Assembly (NCBI GenBank): GCA_016618085.1
Contig: JABLTG010000001.1
Span: 62,001 to 126,000, forward strand
Source of the DNA: Neovahlkampfia damariscottae
Lineage: Eukaryota
DNA: 64,000 nt
Reading direction: 5' to 3'
The first letter of the stretch is position 1, and every line of letters begins with the position of its first letter. The notes under the pieces were generated by a model. That model made no database searches. It saw only the letters and a list, made by a program, of their open reading frames with translations, and was not told the origin of the DNA. The position numbers and the translations under genes were made by a program. Shown one piece after another: positions 34,301 through 43,684 of the stretch.

Positions 34301-34877
34301 TGATTTTAAAACATGCAAAAAGATACTCAAAAAGAAATGTTCTTTAATTACATTGAAAAACAAATGTAAACGTTTGAAATGTTGTTTTTATGAATCAACT
34401 TATTTGAATCCAAAGAACAAATTATTAAAATGTGAGTTCAAAGGGAGAGAAATCTGTTCAAAAACTATTAAAAAGAAATGTCATACAAAGAGTACAAGAC
34501 CAAGTTGTCAACAAAAATATTGTTGCACATACCTCTATCACTATAAATATGTAGTTAAAACAACTTGCAGAAAAGTTGGTCCGGAGAAATGTAAACCAAT
34601 TAAATTCAGAAAATGCACAATCATCAAAAAGAATGAAAATTGCAAATACAAAAAATGTTGTAATTATGAAAAAACAGGAGATGTCATTAAAAAATTAGAT
34701 TGTGTTGATGGAAAATTACAATGTGCTTGTAAACATAACTGTCCAAAAAAACGTTGTGATTGTCCAATTGAAAATAATTTTGTTTGTGGAGATGGTAAAT
34801 CATATCAAAACAAATGTCTTGCACAATGTTCTGGTGCAAAAAAAATTACATTAGGAAAATGTAATTGTTTAAAATAA
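25344..34877 (+). CDS. Giant secreted Cys/Lys-rich repeat protein (3177 aa) with C-terminal Kazal-like module
   Basis: Uninterrupted 9.5-kb ORF; signal peptide; dozens of ~45-aa units C-x9-C-x4-CC-x13-C-x7-C; ends CDCP...VCGDGKSYQNKCLAQC...GKC. Confidence 0.92.
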   Translation: MTMRKLILMVVIFSVLSTVFATENCSLKSYFCSNKQKWAQRKECCDSTIGNCRWVGPVQHTNDETVTSCSEAKINGTCVRTQCCTKSTTNTLEEDCKWKGDMKCSSGTVLELFETENQDENHVLDFIKKPEVSLKKLKIITKISPKKNKTWKGVDTKCSIASFYDSKEKNWCTQKRCCKQSQSLKPVIFSCHFTGLKKCSRFKKMTKKKCSIVQLKNFCSRKKCCYTSNKKTFCQWVGDRFCKAFRVKKCFNQISKGNCYTRKCCSYMKKGNQSRKIKCHVIFKRCKESFYTRCQFKKVDKKCRQKECCQYGKKNNTKRLLSCYKVGVVKCDPTSFSKCFNVRTRIGVKHTYCQKRRCCTFTKKGPFKKKTRCSDGKEICKRVIFKRCSFVVLKPGCSRRKCCNVTTRGKIEKEFGCKFTGALQCPTNPKEICNMKKTSRSCQRKRCCRIGEHNGKPTTLSCQWKGSNICKPTFVTKCKMAYKKRYKSSFCQKKKCCTFKLNNGKKTKISCKWTGKENCSTSHFNKCSFIKEGACKRRQCCLYERYGPRLLKKKCFKVGKLQCKKSKPLLLCRIEGTKDKCKRIRCCEYLKGGRSATKIRCFWKGKSKCPKKYFTKTVVIPTTPLCTKIQLCKYVREGKRVKLVFCTTHKPETCRKPAQKKCSFVQISSSCKRRRCCLTRGSKKFNCQFSGEKICKRLVKKRCRYVNSRPTNSHARCEIKKCCTYVGQRGSFKKVSCETVGQEQCKVRYVQLCKNVETKNNCSRRQCCKYGITGDLKKLYICKYVTKERCFKNVQNICKVIPTRTSCTRKKCCKIGKTERFSHKIKCDWTEPEICKEVTKTRCTMSLTRAFGSSICKKRKCCQYGILKGDKRRISCKFEGDEKCSTINFKKCAYVTTSKGCRINKCCIFKRNGSKVKRLFCNYIGKEKCKTVFKTKCNYRITSKFGDSICRTKHCCLYSVKNGVMKKVKCSFTSGSKYCSTAYSRKCFNIKKPHNCSQKRCCTYKVTGKKQQKVKCQNVGLKKCSKVYFTRCSFKRVFHGKVACKKKRCCKYVKVGTFKKQIYCNWSNKRICKQVKYTRCRPQQIHSKCTQTRCTQYGRVGSKRKVYKSYLQGSVRCASRVLSKCTYVRTGKGCKRKRCCKMGLYKTTWIKLQCSWAGAQKCSEYNYEKCKLVKSSQYCKRQRCITYGVQGHYRRVIFRRWKGKETCKKVTFTKCSTRRFSSGCQRVKCCSFEKVGKTIKKIACKWETKKLCDDIEVVKCKYIKDKSGCLRKQCCRKTKGKAIDKQHCKFVGKRKCLRKYTVKCSMKKLNNYCQRKRCCTLKEVAERQRVIKCYWSQDSPKCSLKKYTKCFKKRTQDDKPHFNCSRTKCCTYEVNGTGKSKVTCKWADSEICKRVTYETCSNVAISSHCLKRRCCKFIRTGSISRRVSCYFPKKSKLICTKKVFENCQNKYLSPTCHRKQCCKFANVGGVVSPFNCKWASKRICKKVQFQRCSFRSTKPNCWRRQCCKYEKFGSSTKKLSCSFTDVEKCQKHNFTRCKIARINKNCQRVKCCRFSKVGDKLSMGACKYTSRKFCVPVKFQRCKTVKVNRGCTRQRCCKFIQFNKSTKKLYCQLTGTTTCKPYKFHRCKTVYNGHCKSKVCCTFQKDGKKVQKLACKQNGDKICKSEVISKCFNSTTHKDCKRRKCCKYKKIGDVSKKLFCRWVKPQQCKLKVVKECHYSKTRPNCYRKKCCLATYNGSRKSLKNCSYSGKDFCSPVINVSCKRESKDSCTSYKCCKYFKDSQGKKHVMKCHVKSKKCTFKRCSMKRNKCGCKQNRCCKFVDVNGKIKVKSCKWTGFQRCKPFTYSKIKSVKLDKTNYRLSRCTYLRTGCDTRMINCAWINENTVKDTFKTRCFMVKLRNGCQRRKCTTYRISDDKISKKIKSKYVGQTYCPFIFVKKCKRVFSNDNCSKLHCCNYLKRGSSMKKIECHIASPKSCGVSKYTKCRRVQVYKPYNPRSKCQRTRCCKYIKSEGISHQIRCYNSGNEECKKITFTRCELRITKKGSKLTSCYKKRCCRYENNGKVVRRLSCKFVGSEQCCAKISNKCYNKRISSTCTRRKCCVFGTVAGKTKRLICKWDGKPQCKTVTIHRCTKVRESIFAGCYRKKCCTIKITGRVRTKKCKFVGKKQCKTQYFKKCKIIKPSKGCKQLKCCRYMYDGQQSPLGCNFYKKVCKGKKTVKCRTVPLKNNCTQKRCCVYLTQNGIRRMIKCKNSKKVCKKQTIVKCHRVKTNENCTRKVCCSFDRLDNVITKLKCMFADKEKCKIRTHTQCSYKKLLYGCKQKVCCKYKIKGSVVVRKTCEPVGKQICSCSMKRKCSPIKINEDCSRRKCCDVKTCGNKKRYSNCRVSKSMKCSYKKVTKCYMKTTYRYRGRSLCKRKKCCVYGVGKTKSFKISCKWDGSEKCSTVKFKKCIRIPIKSSCTKIKCCSYKRTGRVVKRVSCSTKTKCPMISYKKCKVLTTSKNCKRHYCCTYKSDGTKFVKLQKTCGWFGHERCKPTFKTKCSIIKTRSHCTQKRCCVYKTLKGLTRRIRCKLIGKEKCCQVTQERCQVVKTRNGCKRERCCIFGVRGDSQRKLKCYFNGIEMCTERYETKCNKVQIFKHIPHSNCHATKCCKFGIKGNFRRQISCKIVRDKKCNSDSCRCKPVKYQVCKAEKYEHRKISGKHCIRQKCCSYTKIGFKLIKGACKFISKPVCTWMVRKKCSMEKLSNSCERKKCCYFGFSNFRKIGCSYKGAQICGSYMKTKCRMISTNQNCQRKKCCQYIYSDGIRKKIKCRFISQSICKPQSFTVCKMDSKQKSRKCCQYVKNHKQISLEKCKYISKNECKDTWVTKCSTIKTGRECTQQKCCKVSVRTGRRKNCKRVGQPKCTTKKIVTCKWRPYKWKNCQRKQCTTFLLSKGQLSILTVEWKGKKVCKPYIIKKCSIKQMNKYCTNKYCCKFERLGDKIRKIGCKWGDFKTCKKILKKKCSLITLKNKCKRLKCCFYESTYLNPKNKLLKCEFKGREICSKTIKKKCHTKSTRPSCQQKYCCTYLYHYKYVVKTTCRKVGPEKCKPIKFRKCTIIKKNENCKYKKCCNYEKTGDVIKKLDCVDGKLQCACKHNCPKKRCDCPIENNFVCGDGKSYQNKCLAQCSGAKKITLGKCNCLK

Positions 34878-34897
34878 ATTTTTTTAAGAAATTTTAA

Positions 34898-37452
34898 TCA
34901 ATAAAATGATGGATAAACAAGTGAGTTAGCAATGATATTCATTGAATAGGAATTTGATTCACTTCCAAAAACCAAAAAGTATCTGGTGATCTGGAAAAAA
35001 GTTAATACAATCAAATTGTTTTACCACTAATGACTCGTCGGTAACTACATACCCCCAATCATATGATCTAAAACCGGTTGAATTATTTATGACCTCACAA
35101 ATAGCCATGCATGTGTATCCATTTATAATCGAATTTTTCCAATAACCTGATGAAGTTCTTGAATATCTTGAAGATATTCCAGAACCTTTACCTAGATAAA
35201 TTCCAGCACCATATACCGCTCCAGCACTCATTTTTGAAGTTCCACTGTAATTTTTCAATCCACCTCTGAGAATACAATGCCAATTTCCAATTGCAGATCC
35301 ATGAAATGCTTGAGATGTTAAAATAAAATATCCATTACCATAAAAACTTCCATATGTTGATTTCATTGTTTGAAAATCTTGTTCTCTTTTTGGCGGTGCA
35401 GATGCCATTAAAAATTGCCAAACAGCTTTTGGAACTTTTGGAATTTTCTGAAAACTGATCAATCAAATTAAAGTTATTACCTTTTCGTCTTTCAAAAAAA
35501 CAACATGAGATCGATTTGAAGAAATAATCCATCTTAGAAGTGGTAATATTCTTTCATCACATTTATTCAAAATTTCTTTTAATTTGTAAGAATCACCTCC
35601 AGATTGATAGGATAAACTTTTCAAATCAGATGGAATGTTGTCAATAATTTTGATCTTGAATATTGATTTTTTGATTTATCTTACCACTTCTTTTGCTAAT
35701 TCCATGTCTGTCATTTTTTTACCTTCACCAATAGTATTTGCTGGTGATGGGGTAATATCACGAACTCCGTTTGTATCTAGACATAATCGAGCAGATGTAT
35801 ATGTTAAGCTACAAAGTAAATCTAAAACTTCAACATTTGAATTTAGTTCTATCAATAGATCAATTCCTAATCCCTGTTTTTTAGAAATTAGATTAGATTG
35901 TGAGATCATACATATTGTTCCATAGCATGAATACAAAGTGGCTATTGATTTTTTAATTGAGTTAATTGTTATTTACTCTATCACATATTGTTGGTTTGAT
36001 CCCATGGAATGATAATTTGTTGTCACAAATGACGCAAAGTTCACCGATATTTTCAAGTTTGTATTTCAAAAACGCAACCATTCCAATGAAGAAATTTCCA
36101 CATTCTTATGAAATATTATAAAAAAAATGATGCAATCAAACCTCTGAAATTTTCGTTTTTACCATAATTTACTTCCCTATTGAAGAATTCTTGTGAAAGA
36201 TTTTCATTGGTTTGTGAGGTTGTTGTCTTTGAATTTCCACTCTTTTCTTTCTTTTTCTTTTTTTCTGGTTTTGATGATTCATTTGGAGGATATTTCAAAG
36301 AATCAAAATAACTATTCAAATGACCATCCAATAAAATTAAAGTAGCTTCTTCCTACAAAAAAGAATGAATGCATAAAAATGATAAATACCAAATTTCCAT
36401 TTGCTTCTTGGAGTGCAAAATAAGCATATTTCTTTGAAAATCCATTTGAAATGAGAGAACTCAATTTTTCAAGATCATTTTCCTTTTTGTTTGGTTGAAC
36501 AATTTCTTTAAGATTTTCTTGTTTTGTGGTAAAATAGTTTTTTTGATCCTTTAGTAACCAATTCTTTCTCAATGCACTTCCTAATCTATTTGAAATGAAC
36601 CAACTAATCATTTCAGAACCAATATGTTTATCTTTAATATTTCTTTGTTGAATATCATTGTATGTTTGAAAAACGCATTTTGAGTCAATTTTAGGAGCAT
36701 TTGGAGAATTAAGATACAAATGATCAAATTCAAACTTTTTAAAACACTTAAGAAAAATGAAAAAAAACCTCGATAATCAAATCACGTTTTTCATCAATAC
36801 CCATTGCTCGAGTTGATGTTTTACCTAACCATTCCATGTTCAATGATATTCTGACAATAAATCTATCAGGCTTTTTGGTGAACAAAACAAATTTATGTTT
36901 GGTTAATTGAAGATTTGCTTCTTTGATGTCTTTCGTTAATTTTTTGAAAGATTCTTCAAGTTTTTTTTGAAACATTTCTTTTTCATCTCTATCTAAATCA
37001 ATGGATTCAATTTGTAAAATTTGTTCTTCTTCAAAAAATTCTGTTGCATTTTCTGTTGGAGTTGGAGTTGAATAATCATATTCACCTGCAGAAGTATTTG
37101 ATAAAGGAGTAACTCCATACTAATATGTTAAAATTTTGATAAATAAACCTTTTCTATGTTTGCATCACGTAATTCCTGCATTTGAGATAAAAATAAAAGA
37201 AGTGCTTCTTCTTCTGAAGATACTTGGTAAATATGTGATTCTCCTTCATATATTAAATCATATTTTTCTGAATTTAAAGTTTTCACTTCTACTTCAAACT
37301 CTTTGTCAATTAAGTCAACAATGAAATATAAATTGTTTTTTTTAATTTTGACATCTTATCAGGAAAATAGTTAAAAAAAAAGTGTTTGAACCTTTTATGA
37401 GTTCTTCGGATATGTATGGTTCAAGAATTTCATCAAATTTAGTTTTGCCCAT
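34898..37452 (-). CDS. Mono-ADP-ribosyltransferase, PARP6/8/16-like, multi-exon
   Basis: AFHGS..NWHCILRGGL, YGAGIYL, CMAICEV; upstream CVICD...KPTIC Cys motif typical of PARP6/8; start codon approximate. Confidence 0.85.
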
Positions 37453-37567
37453 TTTGACTTTTTTTTCTTTTCTTCTTCACTTCCCAATTTGAGAAATTGT
37501 TTTTATTGGTGGAATTTGTAATGAAGAAGTTGAGGGTTCAAGAAAGTAATAAATAAAATATATTCAT

Positions 37568-39760
37568 TCAGATATTTGTTGGATTAAGATATTCCATTTC
37601 AATTTGGTCCACAAAAATCCATGCTTTGTTTCCTTTTCCGCCATGCCATTCTGGAATCATTTCAATCGGATGAACAACAATTTTAATGAATTTTGATTCA
37701 ATTAAATCTCTAAATTCAAAGTCTTTGTTTGACAATTCTTTCAATACTTCACATTTGATGACAGCAATCATTTGAAAACTTACATTATTTTCAGAGGTTA
37801 AAATTTCAATTCTTGAAGGGAAAAATATCCAAGACATTGGATCATTTAAACATCCAATTCTAATATTATTCACTTTTTTATGATTCATTTCAAAAATTAT
37901 TTCCAAATTAGTGTTAATGAAACCCATCCATTGAGAATCTCGAAAATTATTTTTTGGAGCCCTTATTCCATTACTCAAAGAGATTCCAGGATAATTAAGA
38001 CTTGGAGGGTGTAATAATTTGTATGGATGATTTAAAATGAGATTATTAAACACTTTTCTTTGTTCAATCTTTCCATAGAGTTTTTCATTCTTTATTGCTT
38101 TTGCATAAATCATAAATTCACCATTTTTTTCAAATGGTTTTTTGTATACTTCAAAATTGACCCTATCAAAACTAAAATATAATTGAAGGTGTTTTCCGCC
38201 AGAAATGAGATGAATTCTTGAAGAGAGATTTTCATTGATCGATTTCAAATTTTCAATTTCAATAGAAACAGGTTTTGATTCTTCACCATAATCAACATTC
38301 ATCTTATCTAGAATCTTATAAAATTTCTGAACTCGTTGATGAAATTCTGAGTAGTTTTTTTTTCTTTTTGACCAAAGTACTTCAGACATCGCCAAAATAC
38401 GTGGAAAGACTTTTCTGTCGACCATATGCTGAGGTGATCTTTCAGACCACATGTTGCATTCACCACCTAAGATAAAGTCTTTTACTTCTTCATTCGGTAT
38501 TGGGTTGAAAAAATACACTTTTTTTAAATCAATTTGTTCAATTGAATAATCAAAATAGCAATGAGATGTTGGTGAAACAATAGAATAAATACCATTTTTT
38601 GATGCTTCTATTGCAAATTGCATTCCTTTTTTGTTGATTAATTCACATATAATTTCGTACCTCTCCATGACTGAACAATCACATTCTTTGGGAATTCATC
38701 ACTTCCTTCAAGAATTTCGTCCCAACCAATGATAATTTTGTCATATTTCTGAAGAAATAAACTCATTCTTTTCATAAAATAATGTTGAAGTTCATCTTCA
38801 TTTTTCAATTTTTCATCAATCATTCTTGATTGACAATTTTTACATTTTTTCCAATTGTCTTTAGGACATTCATCACCACCCAAATGAATGAATTTAGAAT
38901 CAAAAAGAACGATAATTTCTTCCAAAACAGATTCCAAAAAATTGAATGTTGATTCTTTTCCGGCACAATAAACATCTGAAAAGATTCCCCATTCTTTTTC
39001 AACTTTTTTCTCCTTTTCAGGAAAACAACATAAATGAGGATAAGATGCAATGGCTGAAATACAATGTCCTGGCATCTCAATTTCAGGAATGATTTCAACG
39101 AATTTTGATTTTGAATATTCAACAATTTCCTTGACATCTTCTTGAGTATAATATCCACCATAATCATCTCTCCAAGCACCAACTTGTGTTAATTTTGGAT
39201 ATTTCTTTATTTCAATCCTCCATCCTTGATCATCAACTAAATGCCAATGTAACTTGTTCATTTTTAACAAACTCAATAAATCAATGTATTTCTTGACAAA
39301 ATTAACATCCATAAAATGTCTTGAACAATCTAATAACATACCTCTATGTTTGAATTTTGGTGAATCTTTGATATATCCACAAGGTATTTCATCATTCAAC
39401 TCTAACAGTTGTTTCAATGTTTGTACGGCATGAAAAACATCTGAATGTAAAATTTTGAAATTTCTTACCTGTTTCAGTTTTTCCTTTGATATTTATCTTT
39501 TCTTTTTTTATTATTATTTCATACCCTTCTTTCAGTTCCAAGTTGTTTTCTAAAACAAAATTTTTTGAAAAAATATCAAGATTCTGAATGAGATATTTTG
39601 TTGGTTTTTGTTCCGTTTCAATTTCGATAGTTGTTGATGGTTCAAAGTGGTGGGTTTCTTTTGGATCAAAAACTGCTTCATTTGGGTGAGGAATCATCTC
39701 AAAAGCATGGGTTGAAAAATAAACTATGACCAATGAAACAATTCCTTTAAAAATCTTCAT
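37568..39760 (-). CDS. Beta-N-acetylhexosaminidase (GH20) with C-terminal accessory domains, at least 2 introns
   Basis: RGMLLDCSRHF, HWHLVDDQGWR, PEIEMPGH, HLGGDE, GWDE, ECNMWSE, FPR; spliced SWRG|M junction. Confidence 0.93.
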
Positions 39761-39928
39761 CAAATGAGCACTGAGAAAAAAAATGAGGTAATGACAAGAT
39801 TTATTCACTTCTATTGAAAAAAGAACCTAAAAACGCAAGAAAAAGAATTTGAAAATGAAAATTTGGTTCTGTTGAAAATTTGTGGTGAGAATTTGTGAAA
39901 ACTTATAACCCATCTTTTAAAAGATATT

Positions 39929-40881
39929 TGTGAATTAGAAATGAAGAAATTTTATTGTAAAGATTGCAAAAAAAATTTTTGTAAAAATTGTTTTGAAACA
40001 TCACATCAAGAAAAAAAATTTAAAATACATTGGAAAATTCAAAATTAGAAAAAGATGAATTGAATGTGTTTTCAAAACATTATGATGAGACACTGAAAAA
40101 AATTGAAAAATTAAGGAATGAACTTCACTTGAAATTTGATAAAATTTTTGACAAAGAAATGGAAGATGTTGAACTAGAAAAGAAAAAAATTGAAAAAAGA
40201 AAGAAGTTTATTTAACGAATTAGAATACTATCCAGATGTTTATAACTTTCAAATCTGTCCAGATTTTAAAGAACTGGAGAAATTGTTAAATATTACAAAA
40301 CAAAAGAAAATCAACTGGATGAAAAGATTCAACGAAATTGAAGAATTCTATTACAGTATAAAAAAGATTATGACCAATAATTGAATTCAAATTGCGATTA
40401 CTATGTTATGGAATTAGAAGAACAAATCTACAAGGAATATGAGGATTCTGGAAATGAAACAAGGATTTTTTAGGCTGCAATTTTATCAATTTGTTATTTT
40501 TATGGTATTGGTATTGATAAAAATTGTCAAAAAGGTCTGAATCTGATTAAAAACAATCTTGATGAAAATCAATATTTTCTACAAACTTTGTTGATTATCT
40601 TCGAAATGGAATTGGAAAAATCAAAACAAAAAAATCAAACGAAAAACGAAATAATAGTCAGTAGAATACAACTGTTCAAGAGGTTGACCCAAAATGACTA
40701 TGCTCCTGCAGCAAAAATGGGTTTTGCGCCTTCACAAAATGCCCTTGGAATTTTGTACTTAAAAGGAGAAGGAACAGAAAAAAACATCAACGCTGCTAGT
40801 TTTTGGCTCTCTAAAGCAGCAGAACAAAATGAAAAAAATGCAATTCAAAACTTGGAAATTCTGAACAGAAAAAAAGATTAA
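39929..40881 (+). pseudogene. Degraded B-box / coiled-coil / SEL1-repeat gene
   Basis: FYCKDCKKNFCKNCFETSH (B-box), SQNALGILYLKGEGTEKNINAASFWLSKAAEQ (SEL1); several frameshifts and in-frame stops between them. Confidence 0.6.
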
Positions 40882-40930
40882 TATTGAGCAATTGACAAAA
40901 ATTTTATAGTTTAATTATAAATCCGTAACG

Positions 40931-41347
40931 TCAGTTCAACAAATTACAAATTGAAATTTTTGAAGATAAATCCTTTGATTTGTTCTGTTGCTGCTGCATA
41001 TTGGAAATTTCCATGTTGATTTTAGGTACATTTGCTTCTTCATTCTGCCAGTAAATTGTCTCTGATCCTTTGTATTTTTGATGATTTTCTGAAATTGTGA
41101 TCTTTTTTTTTGGAGCTATTGGAACTTTAAGAGGTTTTGAAATATGCATCAGATTTTTCTTTGGTACATTGAAGGATTGAAAGAGTTGATTTTTACTTTC
41201 TTTGCTTTTTTTTTTTGGCCACCTGGGTATGTTGTATTCTCTGCATAGATGTTTTAACTCATTGATTTCAAGTTTTAGATGAACACATGCTTCGTACATT
41301 GAATATCCAAAATACTTCTTGAGCTGTTCTTCAGTTACTTTGTTCAT
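40931..41347 (-). CDS. RWP-RK domain transcription factor
   Basis: LKKYFGYSMYEACVHL...LKHLCREYNIPRWPKKK. Confidence 0.88.
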   Translation of the reverse strand: MNKVTEEQLKKYFGYSMYEACVHLKLEINELKHLCREYNIPRWPKKKSKESKNQLFQSFNVPKKNLMHISKPLKVPIAPKKKITISENHQKYKGSETIYWQNEEANVPKINMEISNMQQQQNKSKDLSSKISICNLLN

Positions 41348-42090
41348 GATGCAGAAGGTATTTGGTTGGAGGTTGGCTATAAAATTTCCATTTATGGTGC
41401 GTTGAAAATCCCTTTGATTTCTTGTGATTGGTTAAAAAATAACACCTAATTTGGTGTTTTTCAGATTTGGGTTTTTCATACCAATTTTTTTACCAAATGT
41501 AGTCAAAGAAATACCTTCTCTGTGCTTTTTTTACAAATTTCTATGAACAATCCAAATCTTGAAATCATTAAATCTTAGGAAGAATCAGCTCCTCTTTTGA
41601 ATTTCAAGATTTCATATTTCAAGATTGAATATATACCAGAAACAGGAAATAAATTAGAAACAATTTTCAAGACTGTAGGAAAATTAAATTACGTTGAAAT
41701 GATGGAATCTTTTTCCAATCCTAAAAAGTTGTTTTTTAAACATCAAAAATCTGAGAAATAGTTAAAAAAATACTAATTAATCATACACAACAACAAAGAA
41801 ATTTTCAATTCAAGCATGAGAGAAAATTAAGAAAATATGATTCAGAAAAAGTTCATCAACTGAAACTACAAACCAACGATTAACAACGATTGGGAAATTA
41901 TAATAAAACTCGTTGGAATGTGAGGTTTTCTAATTTCAAATTGGATCACGAACTCACAGTCAAAGATGGATTTTTTTTTAATGTCCATTTGGGAAGTTGT
42001 CTTGCGGAGTTTAGGAGGATTTATTTTTCCAATTATTTTTTTTAAATAAATAGTTTATTTTTTAGTTGAGCAAACTGTTAATATACATTT

Positions 42091-42522
42091 TTAGTTGAGT
42101 AAACTGCTAATGGACATTTTTGACAAAAGTTGATTTTGTTTTACTTTCTCTGAGGAATTTCTTTCTTCAGTTTGTTGGTTAATGTACACTTTCACCTTTT
42201 TTCTTTTGTTCATTTGATCTTCAGTTATCTTTTTGATTGGGGAAGTCGTGCTTGTATGAATCTCATGCAACAATCCTTCAGTAGATTTTTTACGTTTCTT
42301 GGTGACTCCTGTTGTTTCTTGTTGTGTTGGATTCACGTTGAAATGTGTGAAGATTTGGTTTCTATCATTTGTCTTTTTTTTTTTTGGCCAACGTTGAATG
42401 TTGTAAATTCTACAAAGTGATTGTAAGTCTCTTAACTGCATCTTGAGTACAATAGAAGCTTCATGAATAGAGTAGCCATAGCAACTTTCAATTTGTGCTT
42501 TTGTTACGCGTAGGTTGTTCAT
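42091..42522 (-). CDS. RWP-RK domain transcription factor (tandem paralog)
   Basis: CYGYSIHEASIVL...LCRIYNIQRWPKKK. Confidence 0.88.
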   Translation of the reverse strand: MNNLRVTKAQIESCYGYSIHEASIVLKMQLRDLQSLCRIYNIQRWPKKKKTNDRNQIFTHFNVNPTQQETTGVTKKRKKSTEGLLHEIHTSTTSPIKKITEDQMNKRKKVKVYINQQTEERNSSEKVKQNQLLSKMSISSLLN

Positions 42523-42895
42523 TTTTTTTTAAAGTATTGAGTTTAGTCCAAATCTGGTGCAATAAATCGAAGCTAAGAAGGAATATAATTGGACCTCCTA
42601 ATTTGGACATTATAAATTTGACAAATTTGACAAACAAAATTCTCCCTTGTTCTTTTTTGGTCTCACATTCCTTAAATTGGAGTAACCGTTTTTTTTCATA
42701 AATTTCATTGGTTTGTGATTTTCTTTTTCCATACAACAGAACATTTAGACTTTTTTTTGACAGAATTCTCTTCAAATTAACAGAAAAATTGAGTTGAATT
42801 TTCTGTTTCTTAGGGAGATTTTGTTTCAGACAAAGAAATTCATCTCTTTTGTTGAAGACAATTTTTATTTTCTTTTTTCTGATAACCAATCAACA

Positions 42896-43671
42896 ATGAA
42901 CCACAAAACAATTGAAGTCGGTGATGTTCAACTTGAACTTTGTTGTTCTCTTCATTTTTTCAAAATCCCAACTCCAGGAGTAATAAAACTTGAAAAAGAA
43001 TATGTTGTATTCACAGGAACTCATTATGATAATACTCAACTACAAAAAAAAATAAATTTCAAAGAAATTCAAAAAATCTCAAAAGAAAAATTCTTTATGA
43101 AACAATATCTGTCAATAGTAGACTTAAAATCACAAGTAATACACTAAAAAAATTAATTATTTTCAAGTATCTATTTTTCAACTTCAAACCAGAGGATGAA
43201 GAAATTTTTTTAAATTTTTTAGAAAAAAAAACAACAACAAATTTTGAAAAATTGAATAAAATAAAAGAATTAGGAATAGAAACATTGAATGATTTGAAAA
43301 AACAAGGTGAAATTGTTGACAATTGTAATAATACTTTGAATGAAATTGATCATAATTTGTCATTGAGTGAAAGATTTGTTTCACAATTGTCATCAGTAAC
43401 AGGAGCAGCATTGAATATATTCAGAGCACCTCCAGTATTTCAGGAATCTGAAACAACCACCAATAAAAAAACAAATATAAAAAATTCTGGAAAAGGAAAT
43501 CAAAAAATGGAAGATATAACTCGTTTATTAGATGATATAAAAGACATTAGTTTGACAATGGGTGATGAATTAGACAAATCAAATGATTCATTGAATAAAT
43601 TATCCAATAGGGTTGAAGGAACGACAAATAGAGTGAAAACTGTCAATAAGAAATTAGACAGAATTGTGTAG
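42896..43671 (+). CDS. SNAP-25-family Qbc SNARE with N-terminal GRAM/PH-like domain, 2 exons
   Basis: Qb GIETLNDLKKQGE, Qc LKDISLTMGDELDKSN..L-type heptads; phase-0 intron 43136-43167. Confidence 0.8.
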
Positions 43672-43684
43672 ATAATGAATCTTT

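Noticed and set aside
26396..34363. Many short overlapping or antisense ORFs inside the giant gene
   Set aside because: Shadow frames produced by the biased Cys/Lys codon composition; no independent coding signal.
25344..34877. CRISPR-like or satellite DNA array
   Set aside because: Periodicity exists only at the protein (Cys spacing) level; there are no identical DNA repeats with spacers.
41480..42050. Protein-coding gene between the RWP-RK paralogs
   Set aside because: Only short broken frames with no recognisable motif; may be a decayed gene but is not supportable.
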